From a virus, in the IMG/VR virus record IMGVR_UViG_3300020183_000013, positions 32,001-96,000 of that record: a stretch of 64,000 bases of DNA; one strand, written 5' to 3'. Under the pieces are notes generated by a model that saw nothing but the letters and a program-made list of their open reading frames with translations, did not search any database and was not told the DNA's origin. The translations under genes were made by a program, and so were the position numbers. The stretch's first letter is position 1. The number at the start of each line of letters is the position of its first letter. Shown piece by piece: positions 30,875 to 41,300 of the stretch.

Positions 30875-30967
30875 CTGTAAGAACTTACACACAAAAAGAT
30901 GGTACAATTTGGGAATGGGATGAAACTCAACAAATTGCCAACTATATAAAGAATCTGCACAACTCCT

Positions 30968-31399
30968 ATGGAAATACTGACGGAGGGACACAAAGCTCTA
31001 AGAGTAAAGAGCAAGCGGATTGATAAAATAGACGATACTGTTCGTACCACTTGTGCAGCACTTGTTGACCTAATGGTTAAAAACAATGGTGTAGGACTTT
31101 CTGCTCCACAATGTGGTATTAACAAGCGTATCATTGTAATCACCGATAATCAATCAATCAAAGTTCTTATCAATCCAGAAATTATATTTCATTCTGAAGA
31201 AACTGAAATGGATGAAGAGGGATGTTTGAGTATCCCTGAGACATTCATCAAAAAGAATAGGTATAGTTCAATCACAATTAAATATCGCAACCTTGCTGGA
31301 CATCCACATTTAGAGACACACAGAGGCTTGACCGCAAGGATTATACAACACGAAATTGATCATCTTGATGGGATATTAATGACTGATGAAACAACTTGA
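30968..31399 (+). CDS. def: Peptide deformylase
   Basis: GVGLSAPQ, EGCLS and QHEIDHLDG motifs. Confidence 0.95.
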   Translation: MEILTEGHKALRVKSKRIDKIDDTVRTTCAALVDLMVKNNGVGLSAPQCGINKRIIVITDNQSIKVLINPEIIFHSEETEMDEEGCLSIPETFIKKNRYSSITIKYRNLAGHPHLETHRGLTARIIQHEIDHLDGILMTDETT

Positions 31400-31958
31400 T
31401 AGTGGAAAACTGATGTTTTCTGAGGGTAACAATGACGAATGTTACACTCCGTTTTACGGTGTAACTCCAATTCTCAAATACATCCCTAAAGATGCAGTTG
31501 TTTGGTGTCCATTTGATACGATTGATAGTGAGTTTGTCAAACAGATTAGTAAGCAGAATGAGGTAGTCTTTACTCATATCAATTATAATCAAGACTTTCT
31601 CACCTATGAACCTGACAACTGGGATGTAATCGTATCTAATCCACCATTTACAAACAAGCGCAAGTTCTTCGAGCGAGCATTATCATTTGAGAAACCATTT
31701 GCTCTCATTATGACTAACACTTGGTTGAATGATAGTGCTCCTAAGCAGTTGTTCAAGGATAAGGATCTGCAACTACTAATGTTTGATAAGCGGATGAAGT
31801 TTCATAGCCCTGATGGTAGACCAAACGACAAGATTACATTCAGCAGCAGTTACTATTGCTGGAACTTTCTACCAAAACAAATCATTATGGAGGAGTTGAG
31901 TGTGCCACCTTCCAAACTGGCACAACGGACCCGTAGCGAGGCAGTGCTTCCCCTATAA
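31386..31958 (+). CDS. Solitary DNA N6-adenine methyltransferase
   Basis: DECYTP, WCPFD, QDFL, IVSNPPF. Confidence 0.8.
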   Translation: MKQLDSGKLMFSEGNNDECYTPFYGVTPILKYIPKDAVVWCPFDTIDSEFVKQISKQNEVVFTHINYNQDFLTYEPDNWDVIVSNPPFTNKRKFFERALSFEKPFALIMTNTWLNDSAPKQLFKDKDLQLLMFDKRMKFHSPDGRPNDKITFSSSYYCWNFLPKQIIMEELSVPPSKLAQRTRSEAVLPL

Positions 31959-31959
31959 T
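31901..31959 (+). promoter_or_regulatory. Early promoter element copy 8
   Basis: TGTGCCACCTTCCAAACTGGCACA; TATAAT(31954) contains the MTase stop codon. Confidence 0.8.
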
Positions 31960-31982
31960 ACTTACATACGCAACAGATGCCG

Positions 31983-32414
31983 ATGAGCACTCCTACCATG
32001 CAAGCACAAGCACAACAAACCATCGCAGAGAATGTTCTCAAGAATACTCTGCTGCTGATTGAAGCATTGAAAGACAACTATCGTCAACACTCGATTCGTT
32101 CTCATCAGCGTTCTGTTGAGCGATTTGATGCAGTTCCTGGTTATCATCAGCGCAAGATTGATGAACTCAAGTCTGGTAAGTGCGACATTGATTATACCAT
32201 CGAGACTGGTAAAAAGTATCACAAAATCATTTTTGTTGATGGTGGTGGACAACGCTCTGCTCATGCTTTCATTGACAAGAACACTGGCGAAGTGTATAAA
32301 ACTGCATCATGGAAGTCTCCTGCCAAAGGTGTTCGTTATGACCTGCGATTGATTGCTGATCGTGAATACCTGCTGGAACATGCAGATTGGAGCGGGGGGT
32401 ATTTATACAAATAA
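31983..32414 (+). CDS. Conserved phage early protein
   Basis: GKKYHKI...SAHAFIDKNTGEVYK.ASWKSPAKGVRY. Confidence 0.7.
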   Translation: MSTPTMQAQAQQTIAENVLKNTLLLIEALKDNYRQHSIRSHQRSVERFDAVPGYHQRKIDELKSGKCDIDYTIETGKKYHKIIFVDGGGQRSAHAFIDKNTGEVYKTASWKSPAKGVRYDLRLIADREYLLEHADWSGGYLYK

Positions 32415-32476
32415 CTCACTCTCAGTCAGTTGGAACTTTCTATGATGCTATTGGAAACTCTGGACATTATTGCACG

Positions 32477-33233
32477 ATGACTTACACTGACATCACAAAA
32501 CTTGAAAATTGTCCCGAATGTGGTGCAAATTGGGTTGAAAAACTGATTCCACAAGAATACTGGGAAAACTATTCTCCACCCTATTTTTATAGTCGTGTGA
32601 TTGGTATTGAATTGCTTGGTGAAGATCGTATCAATCATTGGGTGTGCCCTGATTGTAACCACAAGTTTCCCCGATGACTTACTCTAACCTCTCAAAGATT
32701 CGTCCTAAACTGAGAACAACTGGGCGTGTGTCTGGTAACTTCGGCAAGAGCAAAGTTGTTGCTGGTTCATCACTCAACGACATCGGTGGTGATGGTAACA
32801 TAGGTGCCACACAAGATGAATACCTGAAACGATTGTATCTTGCTTTTGATAACACTACCGACCCTAAACTTCGACATTTTCTGCATCAGGAAGTCCGCAA
32901 AATCTACATTCAAAGAGGAACTTGGTAATGGCAACTTGGAGAGCAGAAGTATTTGCAAACTCTCGGGTTGGTCGCATCAACACTGAGGTTGAAGCTGCAA
33001 CATTCTCTGGAGCAAAGGAACAGATCTATGCAAAGCACGGTGATGTTCAACAAATTGTAAATCTACGCCAAGTAAGTTCTGGTGGTTCATCAGGTTCTTC
33101 TTTTGACCTTGATGGAACTGTATGGTTAATTGCTATTCTTGTTGGACTCTGGTTGATTGTAGAATACTGGTGGATTATAGTTCCTGTTAGTATCTTAGGT
33201 GGTATTCTTTACTACTTGGGCACCAGGGACTGA
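32477..33233 (+). CDS. Three small genes (Zn-finger 32477..32677; 32674..32928; membrane protein 32928..33233)
   Basis: CPECG...CPDC motif; C-terminal TM segments in the last ORF. Confidence 0.55.
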
Positions 33234-33288
33234 CAGTTCAATAAGTGGCACACAGGGGACTCCACAGGTCTCTTGTGTGCTCTATAAT
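33229..33288 (+). promoter_or_regulatory. Early promoter element copy 9
   Basis: ACTGACAGTTCAATAAGTGGCACA; GCACACAGGGGAC...GTCTCTTGTGTGC hairpin; TATAAT(33283). Confidence 0.8.
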
Positions 33289-33312
33289 ATAGAGGTAATC
33301 AGGGGAACCACA

Positions 33313-33588
33313 ATGACAGCACTCGCTCAGACCCCTCAACTGACCAGCAAGGATGGTAATATGATCGTGGACTTCTACCCTATCAAAACTCCTTATGGTG
33401 ATATTTCACAAGAGTGGTATCTGAAAGTTCTGACCTTCAAGGCTGCTGGAAATCAAATGTCTAAGAAGTGTCTGAATCGTATTGAGATGCTTCGGGAGAT
33501 TCGGGAACGTGTTGCTATTGGTTACACTGAGACCCGTGACAATTCTAATCTTCCTCAACTTGCAAACCCTATGTACGGAGCGTGCTGA
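33313..33588 (+). CDS. Hypothetical early protein
   Basis: ATG downstream of AGGGGA and promoter copy 9. Confidence 0.55.
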   Translation: MTALAQTPQLTSKDGNMIVDFYPIKTPYGDISQEWYLKVLTFKAAGNQMSKKCLNRIEMLREIRERVAIGYTETRDNSNLPQLANPMYGAC

Positions 33589-33882
33589 TTATGAAAACCT
33601 ACCGCGTTGGGTTCAAATGGAAAGATGGTTCTGAGTATTATGTCGCAATGAAATGCACAGGTACTCCTACTGAAGTTTCTAAGGAACTTCTGGATCAGGA
33701 CAAAACAGGTAATTTAGTTGCTGTCTACGTTAAACCAGTTCACAAATGAAAGGATTTCTGTTTGGTTTCATTCTTGGAGTTGCATCTGCAACCGTTGGAT
33801 TCTCTGGACTTGCTCCAATGTTAGATCGCGGAGTTCACACAATTCAAGAGACAACAGAGAGTCTGACGCATAAGTAATAACA

Positions 33883-34344
33883 ATGAAAGAGTTCAATTAT
33901 GCCCTGGACTATAAAGTTCTGGACTTTACACTTCCAGAGAATCGCAAACTTTATCGCATTGGAAGGGGTGAGCAAGGAGTTTTATTGGTTCGCCCTTATA
34001 CAGACGATATTTGTAAGCATTGGAGATTTGTAAATGAATCTGTGGCTCGCAAATCTGCTGATAAAATATACAGAATGTTCTGTGATTATAAATCCTCTGG
34101 AGACTTCATTGGTATGGACATGTCACGGAAATTTCTTGAAATGGGTTTTACACGCGCCCGCAGGTATGCAAATCATCCTGATGGAAAAAAGTATGCTAGT
34201 GATGGTTCCGTTAAACCCCAGTCGCCAGTCGCACTACATTGTGTCAAAGCGAGATCGGCAACAATCTTCAAAGAAGTAAGAGATAAGGCAGCATATGACC
34301 CAGAGTATGTTATAATGAGAAAGAAATGGAGAGCAGCAGAATGA
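33883..34344 (+). CDS. DUF4385-like conserved protein
   Basis: YRIGRGEQGVLLVRPY...HWRF...DFIGMDMSRKFLEMGFTRARRYANH. Confidence 0.75.
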   Translation: MKEFNYALDYKVLDFTLPENRKLYRIGRGEQGVLLVRPYTDDICKHWRFVNESVARKSADKIYRMFCDYKSSGDFIGMDMSRKFLEMGFTRARRYANHPDGKKYASDGSVKPQSPVALHCVKARSATIFKEVRDKAAYDPEYVIMRKKWRAAE

Positions 34345-34627
34345 ACCTGATCAACTTTAAGCATCGTGAAGACTTTGGACACGAATGGTATGTTCAGGTT
34401 CTTAATGTAAAAGGATGGAGTTTACTTCAAGCATCTGTAAGTTGGAATGATTATCCATCTTGGCCTTATATTCAAATTAAATCTGGTTCTGGTTCTACTT
34501 TGAGTATTTTATTCTGGGTTTATAAATTCGGTTTTGATATTGGTATTCTTGAACGCACTTGGAAATGGGACTATAGGGAGGAGTTGGATGAGCAAGAAAC
34601 TGAACCTAAAATAGAGTTTTATAAAAA

Positions 34628-34813
34628 ATGATAGGAAATCCAGATGATATTATACTCATAAGTCCATCAAAGATGTTTGAGTATGAAAAATTAGCAAGAA
34701 ATATTGATAATTGTGAGAATGTAGAGGAACTGCAACTTTCACTCAAAGGTATGTTAAAGTTGTATATGAAACAACAAGAAGTAACGGCACAAGTATTAAA
34801 AATGAAAATGTAA
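34628..34813 (+). CDS. Possible NblA-like phycobilisome degradation protein
   Basis: 61 aa, two-helix pattern L.SPSKMFEYEK...EELQ..L..MLKLYMKQQEV. Confidence 0.4.
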   Translation: MIGNPDDIILISPSKMFEYEKLARNIDNCENVEELQLSLKGMLKLYMKQQEVTAQVLKMKM

Positions 34814-35289
34814 TGAGCGAAGTAACCTTTAAAAAGCACAGAGTATTCCGTGAAACTCAATCAGTTATCTTTTATGATATTTCTGTGGAAGGATCTAATG
34901 CATCAGACCTCGTGGTTCATGAAGGTCCTGCTATCAGTCCTCCTGATGATATTGTAGGAGCAAAGCAATTTTATATTCACTATCATCAAGTAGACCACAA
35001 TCGTGTTCTTCAAGGTATTCGCACGTTTGAGTTAGTGAATCCCGAATGGAGATATCCTTATCATATCGTGCATCTTAATCGTTCTTCTGGTGCTCTTGTG
35101 ATTCCAAAGATGACCTTTCATCGTTCTTGGTCTGGAGAAGAAGGGTCAATAGTCATTAACCAAGCAATTCGTGATGAAGAATTTGATGATAAGACTGAGT
35201 TTATTCCAGTATCAGCAGCAAAGAATCCAGATCTTTACCACATTCTTGCACACGAAAAACCAGTCATTCATACACTTGGAGAAATGTGA
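34813..35289 (+). CDS. RmlC-like cupin protein
   Basis: FYIHYHQVD.NRV...IPK.TFHRS; cyanobacterial-type cupin pattern. Confidence 0.6.
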   Translation: MSEVTFKKHRVFRETQSVIFYDISVEGSNASDLVVHEGPAISPPDDIVGAKQFYIHYHQVDHNRVLQGIRTFELVNPEWRYPYHIVHLNRSSGALVIPKMTFHRSWSGEEGSIVINQAIRDEEFDDKTEFIPVSAAKNPDLYHILAHEKPVIHTLGEM

Positions 35290-35519
35290 TGAAATTAACA
35301 CCAACATCTCTTCGTATTATTGGAAGCATTCTACTCATAATAGGATACTTTATTCTTCTTTATGTTGATGTCAAAACTGGTTGTTGGTTTCGTTTGATTG
35401 GTGGTTTAGTAATGGTTCCGTTCTCCATTAAAATTAAAACTTGGGATGTTGTAGGATTGCAGGTATTCTTCGCAACAATAGATATATCAAAGATTATTCA
35501 ATTGAGTTATGAAAATTGA
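35289..35519 (+). CDS. Small multi-pass membrane protein
   Basis: Three hydrophobic segments. Confidence 0.55.
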   Translation: MKLTPTSLRIIGSILLIIGYFILLYVDVKTGCWFRLIGGLVMVPFSIKIKTWDVVGLQVFFATIDISKIIQLSYEN

Positions 35520-35841
35520 TATCACGATGGAAGAGTATGGTATAATTATTAATGCTCTACACTATTATAAAAAAGTAGAGAAGAAAGGAAACTTTCAGCA
35601 GTATGATGATAAAAGAATTAATGAGTTAAGAGACAAACTATCACATCAAATGGTATGGGAACAGTGAAGTATTTCTGACAAATGAAATCAAATGCTTCTC
35701 ATAGAATCACAATAGGCATAAATTTTTATTGCGTAATATCAGAAAATTAACACAAAACATATAAATAGTAGTAGAATATATGTGGTGATACAAATGAACG
35801 AAAACTCTTCATTATGATATTCTTTGTGCGTGGAGGACATT

Positions 35842-36024
35842 ATGCACAACTTAATTTCTTACAATCAACTATCTGGATGGAAACATTTTGAGGATACCGT
35901 AGACCGATGTAACGAGCAAAATGATTTGATTAATGACTATTTTAATTGTTTAATTGAGTGCGATGAAGACCAACAAAATTGTAAACGAATATGCAGGAAA
36001 TTATTAAGTCATAGCTCAATCTAA
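35842..36024 (+). CDS. Small Cys-rich protein (DYFNCLIEC...CKRIC)
   Basis: GGAGG RBS before ATG; TATAAATA at 35760. Confidence 0.6.
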   Translation: MHNLISYNQLSGWKHFEDTVDRCNEQNDLINDYFNCLIECDEDQQNCKRICRKLLSHSSI

Positions 36025-36070
36025 AAACCGTCTCCCGACCCTTGACTTCCACAGTCAGGGGTCTTATAAT
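36012..36070 (+). promoter_or_regulatory. Early promoter element copy 10 (degenerate palindrome)
   Basis: GACCCTTGACT-TCCAC-AGTCAGGGGTC hairpin; TTGACT(36042)-N17-TATAAT(36065). Confidence 0.7.
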
Positions 36071-36117
36071 AGGTGCATACAAATCTAAATCAAAAACCAT
36101 CAAATGGTATGGGAACA

Positions 36118-37538
36118 ATGATTGATCTTATTAAAACACTACTCAAATCAGCACTTGCTACCTCCCGTTGGGGTCCGCTAACAGAGGCAGATGAAGAACT
36201 TGTATGGGACTCTTCCTTTGCTAAAATATTCAAAGCATCATCTATCCACCGAACACCTTTAACACCACGCACTGCGATTACACTCGAATGACTCAAATTA
36301 TTGACTCTTCTGACCCACGATATTTTCGTCAAACATCTGACGAACCCTATCTTCGTCACGATTATAAATTGATAATGAGCAATGGTAATACCGTTGTCTT
36401 TGATAATTATGAAGATGTGCGGCGTAGGTGGTTAGAGAGTGGTGGTAACTTTTTAAGTCACGTTGAAGTTCTAGATCACAAAGAACCAAAGAATAAGAAG
36501 AAGAAAGGATTTTGATTATGATTGACTGGACAGAAAGATTTTCATCCTTGCCTGATGTAGAACAAGATAAACTAGCCCTGTTGCGTGTGATTGAATGCAC
36601 AAATGGTGTCATTCAACACTCCTATCGTAGTGGAGATGATGATACACTGACGGTTGATGAAGTCAGAGACGCTATGAAGTTTTCTATGGGTTGTATGAAA
36701 CGACAGGAGATACCTGTAGGAGATAAGGTTGTTACCTTTGCACCCGAAACAAAAGAACTGATGACTGAAATGAGACGATTGTATATCTCTGGTGCGAAAC
36801 AAAACAATCAAGAAGATTTTAATGAGTTTCTCAAAGGATCTAAAGCAAATCTACTTGCGATAGGTAAAGAACGCATCTTGAAAGCAAGACGACTTGCATT
36901 CAATCATATTGACGAATTACCACCTCATACATTAGACTGGGGACTTGAATACATCTTTAGTTTTGCTGGGTGGGTATGATGACTGACAAAATCACACTTG
37001 AACTCACACTTGAAGAACTCAAACTGATTGATAAGTATGTTGAGTTGAATGATGAGACCCAGGGTGTATTTGATAAAATCAAGTATGCTTATCCTAAATC
37101 AAAAACCCTGTACGATTTGATTTATGATTGGTGGGGTGATGTATTCACAGTTCATGGTGATTGGGATAGTGAAACATCTATTGAGGATTTGGTAGACCAG
37201 ATTGATATGTGGTTGCTCAAAGAGCATGATACCAACAGTTATAAATGGAATGAGTGTATCCGAATGATTAGGGAGAAACTACGATGACTGAAAACTATCC
37301 CGATTATATCTTTGAAGAAGCACACCGAAGAGAACTTGCAAATAAGCCTTTTGAGGAACTCACCACAAATGAAAAAATTCAACTTGCCCTTGAAAAGGTT
37401 GATTGGATTGTGATTGGCGGACAAGACGGACAAGAGTTTTATAGTTCTATTCAGTTTATTCGTAGGGTGTTGAGGAGCCTTGTGACACCTTACAAACTGA
37501 CACAAGGACACACCAGAACCGACCTGGATGCCCTATAA
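36118..37538 (+). CDS. Run of small hypothetical genes (36118..36291, 36288..36515, 36518..36979, 36976..37287, 37284..37538)
   Basis: Contiguous coupled ORFs. Confidence 0.55.
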
Positions 37539-37539
37539 T
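37481..37539 (+). promoter_or_regulatory. Early promoter element copy 11
   Basis: TGTGACACCTTACAAACTGACACA; TATAAT(37534) contains the upstream stop. Confidence 0.8.
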
Positions 37540-37562
37540 ACACTCGTACACACAGAACTCTA

Positions 37563-39865
37563 ATGTCTAACTTCTACACTCTCATTCCTGGAACTGATGT
37601 GCTCCGTAGTAAGATTGATGTCTTCCAGTGGACTAATCCTGAAAATGAAAATCAATCTGAACGAGTAGAACTAACAGTAGATAATGCTGGTATTTTCATT
37701 ACTTCTTGTTCTGGTGGTGCTCGTGAAGATATGAGTATTTCACAGAAGGATTTGGCGATTGCTCTTGCTCGTGGAATTCTTGAAGCATATGGAGTTGGTT
37801 GAATGACTGACATTTCTAAACTCTCCTACAAAGAACTCCAACAACTTGAAAAACAAATTGATGAACGCAAAGAGGTATTGCGTAAGTCAAAGGATTGTGT
37901 TGAGGGATATAAAGTTACATTCTGTGTGAAGTTCAATCCTGCTGAACACCAATTTGATGAATTGAATAGTCCAGAAGAGTTTGGTGATTATTTGGGAAAT
38001 GATGTTGCAAATCTGATTGTCAAAGATTTGGGTCTTCTGCAATCTAATGTAAGTGCTTTTATCATTGAAGAAATGACTGATGAAGATAAGGTAGAATGGA
38101 AGAACTTCTGGGAGGATGATGAATGACTTACGGACTAAACCCAAATACAATTGCATTCTCTTACACTCGTGAAGAGTTGTTTGAGTGTATCACAAAGATT
38201 GTAGCACACCCACACACTGCAATCACAAAGCACGACAAATCCCGTGCTCTTGCGATTATGGTAGTGATGGATGATTACTTCTCAAACTATGCTGAAAGTG
38301 ATAATGAGGGTTGTCATTATGTTTATGAACAGGAGGCAACGGACCTTATTGATTTTGTAAGAAAGTTTGAACTTGGTATTGATGATTATGGTGATGTTGA
38401 TGTTGATGAGGTGTTGAAGTGAGCAGATTTACTGAAAATCCTGATGAGATTGTGCTTCAAGACATTCAAATGTTTCATCTGGAAAGTATGAATGAACGCA
38501 CACTTTGGATTGGTGTTTATGGTGATGATGGTAAAATCTATCACTTGAATATTTCTGCAGATGGTGATAAACTGAGGTATTATTGGAGTAATGAAACCCC
38601 GTGAGATTCGAAGAACCAACAAAACTTGAACTCTTCCTTGATGGTTTTCATAACTTTTTGAACTGTCTGGATTGTTATAATGATGGTGATGAATGGGGCT
38701 ACCAAGAATTCTGGGAAGGATTAAATCTCGGGTGGTATATGGAATATATTTTCCCTTATGAGGATCCGTACAATATTACTATCTCACCAGAAAGAAAGTT
38801 GAGGTTGGACCAGAAACCACCAGTCATTTATGTTTCAGAAGAGGCATATGATAAACTAATAGAAGCAATCAACAAACCACCAGAGTATAATGAAAAGATT
38901 GCCAGAGTGTTAAGTCGTAAAGCACCTTGGGATGAAGAAAAATGACTATTGAGGTAACACACAATGAAGACAACACATTTACCATCTCCTGGGATGAGAA
39001 TTCTCCTACGGAAAGTATTTTCAACACCTGGACAGAAGAAGACTTTATCAAGGTCATTATGGACTATCTTCAGAAATTAGAAACTGAAAGACGTGATGTT
39101 GAAAAATCCAGATATGTATAGTAGAGTAGTACCAGGAACAGCAAAAAGAAAAACTAAAATGAACTGGTTTGATTACTGGATTATGCATTGTTGGATGACT
39201 GGATGGCAGAGCATTAAACATTCATTCCAAAACTGGGCTGATTTGATGACTGGTAACTGGAAAGATTATGCTCTGATGTGGTATGATGATCCATATGAAG
39301 AGTGTCGTGATTGCTTCTGGTCTTATCTTGGTGATGATGACACTCTACCAAAAGAGTTTTTAGAACATCTACAACAACTGGTTGAAGATATTGAAACTGG
39401 TAAAGAGAAAGTCATTCCGATGGATGAACTTCTTATCAAACGAATGAAAGACCTTACAGAAGATGTGGAGGTAGACTAATGGGATTATATGATGACATTC
39501 ATTCTTCTTATAACCTAGGAGAGCACTTCACTAATGTACCAATGCAAACCAAAGGACTTGCTCGTGCTATGTCAAGATATTGGATTGCACCTGATGGATG
39601 TTTGTATGAATTGACTTATAAAGAAACACATACTTATGAAGATATTAAAGAGGATGATGAACGATATGATTCAAAACATTTATTCTTAAATTATGAATGG
39701 ATTCCAACTGGAAAACACGGTAAGGTAGAACCCTGTTACATCACCGATTATGTTGAGATCTATCCTGCACAATGGAATGGTTCTTATGATGATTGGCCAC
39801 GATGTAGAATACACTTTAAGTATGGTAAAGTAATGGACTTTGAAGTATATGTCGGAGAAGGATAA
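37563..39865 (+). CDS. Run of small, mostly acidic hypothetical genes (37563..37802, 37803..38126, 38123..38422, 38419..38604, 38601..38945, ~39159..39479, 39479..39865)
   Basis: Contiguous coupled ORFs. Confidence 0.55.
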
Positions 39866-40084
39866 GATCTATTATAATGTATGGTGTTGTGCTTATCAGA
39901 GAAGGTATCTGTATAAGAAAACACCAAGAGAAAGTAGAGAGCATGAGACTGTTCTTATGTGTTTAGGTATCGCAAGGTTCACAGTGTTTGATACTGAAAA
40001 AACTAAGCATTTAAGTTAATATAACGATAATATGATATTAAAATAATAAAAAAACGGCTTTTTAAATCATAGCCTATTATTTTG

Positions 40085-40107
40085 TTATTGATAATCATTC
40101 TCAATAA
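40085..40107. promoter_or_regulatory. Fur-box-like palindrome
   Basis: TTATTGATAATCATTCTCAATAA; core TGATAATCATTCTCA has one mismatch to the 7-1-7 Fur consensus TGATAATnATTATCA. Confidence 0.55.
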
Positions 40108-40118
40108 AAGGTGTGATG

Positions 40119-40210
40119 AATACTCTTTTAATACCCTATAATACCCTTAGATATCTTATAAACCCTTAGATATCTTATGTTAATACCTTATAATACCCTT
40201 ATAAACCCTT
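40119..40210 (+). repeat. Tandem ~10-11 bp phased repeats (AATACCCTT / AAACCCTT / GATATCTT)
   Basis: About 9 related units in non-coding AT-rich DNA. Confidence 0.75.
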
Positions 40211-40237
40211 CGGATCCTTGTGATCTTACACGTCGGC

Positions 40238-40266
40238 AGCTTAGCACAAGGTCTCTGAGTTGTCAA
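40238..40266 (-). promoter_or_regulatory. Leftward sigma70-type promoter
   Basis: Minus strand TTGACA(40266-40261)-N17-TAAGCT(40243-40238) with TG extension. Confidence 0.55.
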
Positions 40267-40276
40267 GGGACGCGCA

Positions 40277-40633
40277 CGAGATTCGCAGAGACGCACTAGA
40301 TTCGCACACACAAGACACTTCGAGATTCGCATAGGTCTCATAGTTACTTCGAGATTCGCACAATACCTTATAATCAAACTAGATTCACATCATATCATTA
40401 TATCGTTATATCATACTAGATTCACATAAGTTCTCGTAATCATTTCGAGATTCGCATCAATCACATAAACACTTCGAGATATCATCATATCATCATATCA
40501 TCATATACTAGATTCATTTCGAGATTCACACAATACATCTAGATTCTTACTAGATTCGCATATATACTGTCAAGGGTCTCGTGAACACTTCGAGATTCGC
40601 ACACAATAACTTGACACACCTTCTAGATTCACG
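40277..40633 (+). repeat. Iteron-like array: 14 copies of C(G/T)AGATTC(G/A)CA
   Basis: Copies start at 40277, 40296, 40321, 40350, 40379, 40416, 40446, 40475, 40508, 40520, 40539, 40550, 40591 and 40623. Confidence 0.85.
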
Positions 40634-40639
40634 TATACT
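40611..40639 (+). promoter_or_regulatory. Near-consensus sigma70 promoter
   Basis: TTGACA-N17-TATACT; the last array repeat sits in its spacer. Confidence 0.8.
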
Positions 40640-40671
40640 ATACACATAGTTTTTCAGGAGTTCGAGTTCTT

Positions 40672-40845
40672 ATGTCTAGTTCTTATCTGTCTGCAACAAA
40701 GACTAAGTATCGCATCACGTTAGAGCTAGAGGTGTTTCCAGATATGAATCCTCATCAGATTCAGTGGGAACGTGTACTCGAACTTGAGCCTGCGGAGAAG
40801 GTTAACTCTTATGTCGAAGACCTGAGTACACCTGACCGCTGGTAG
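40672..40845 (+). CDS. 57-aa hypothetical protein next to the repeat array
   Basis: AGGAG RBS; MSSSYLSATKTKYRITLELEVFPDMNPHQIQWERVLEL... Confidence 0.65.
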   Translation: MSSSYLSATKTKYRITLELEVFPDMNPHQIQWERVLELEPAEKVNSYVEDLSTPDRW

Positions 40846-40882
40846 AAACTATAGTTCAGTCTCCTTAAGTTTATCTCTTAAG

Positions 40883-40917
40883 ATCTCCCATTCTACCAAG
40901 AATCGGGAGATTTTTTT
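40883..40917 (+). terminator. Rho-independent terminator
   Basis: ATCTCCC-ATTCT...AGAAT-CGGGAGAT followed by a T tract. Confidence 0.7.
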
Positions 40918-40924
40918 ATGTCTT

Positions 40925-40983
40925 TGTGCCACTTGTAGAACTGTCCATAATATTCACCAAACCCCTGTGGAACCTGGTATATT
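40925..40983 (+). promoter_or_regulatory. Early promoter element copy 12
   Basis: TGTGCCACTTGTAGAACTGTCCAT; TGgTATATT(40978). Confidence 0.8.
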
Positions 40984-41013
40984 TGCAATGTGGTTAATTC
41001 TCTACACAAAACC

Positions 41014-41262
41014 ATGCAAGACTTTTCCAAGAAATTCTACCAAACCCTGATGCTCAATGTTGCAACAATTGCCGCGATTGTGGTGGGAATTGTGACATTT
41101 ATGATTCGCTCCTTCAATGAGAACAATGGGGCAGAAAAGACACGTAAGGTGTTACAAACTGTTCTGCGCTTCGTTGATACCATTGTGGGCAAGCTTCAGG
41201 TTCTGGTGAATACTGATGTGCCAGAAGTAAAAGTGGCACAGAAAACTACCAAAGGGAAGTGA
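41014..41262 (+). CDS. Small membrane protein
   Basis: One TM helix; 3' end carries palindrome copy 13. Confidence 0.6.
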   Translation: MQDFSKKFYQTLMLNVATIAAIVVGIVTFMIRSFNENNGAEKTRKVLQTVLRFVDTIVGKLQVLVNTDVPEVKVAQKTTKGK

Positions 41263-41275
41263 ATCCTGGTATATT
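41217..41275 (+). promoter_or_regulatory. Early promoter element copy 13
   Basis: TGTGCCAGAAGTAAAAGTGGCACA; TGgTATATT(41270). Confidence 0.8.
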
Positions 41276-41300
41276 ACATTCGTTCGGTTGAAAACTGACT

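Noticed and set aside
40180-40377. 65-aa minus-strand ORF in the repeat array
   Set aside because: Its CANL repeats simply translate the DNA repeats, and no RBS is evident
40277-40633. CRISPR array
   Set aside because: Repeats are only 11 bp, spacers are 0-30 nt, irregular and low-complexity, and there are no cas genes in the window
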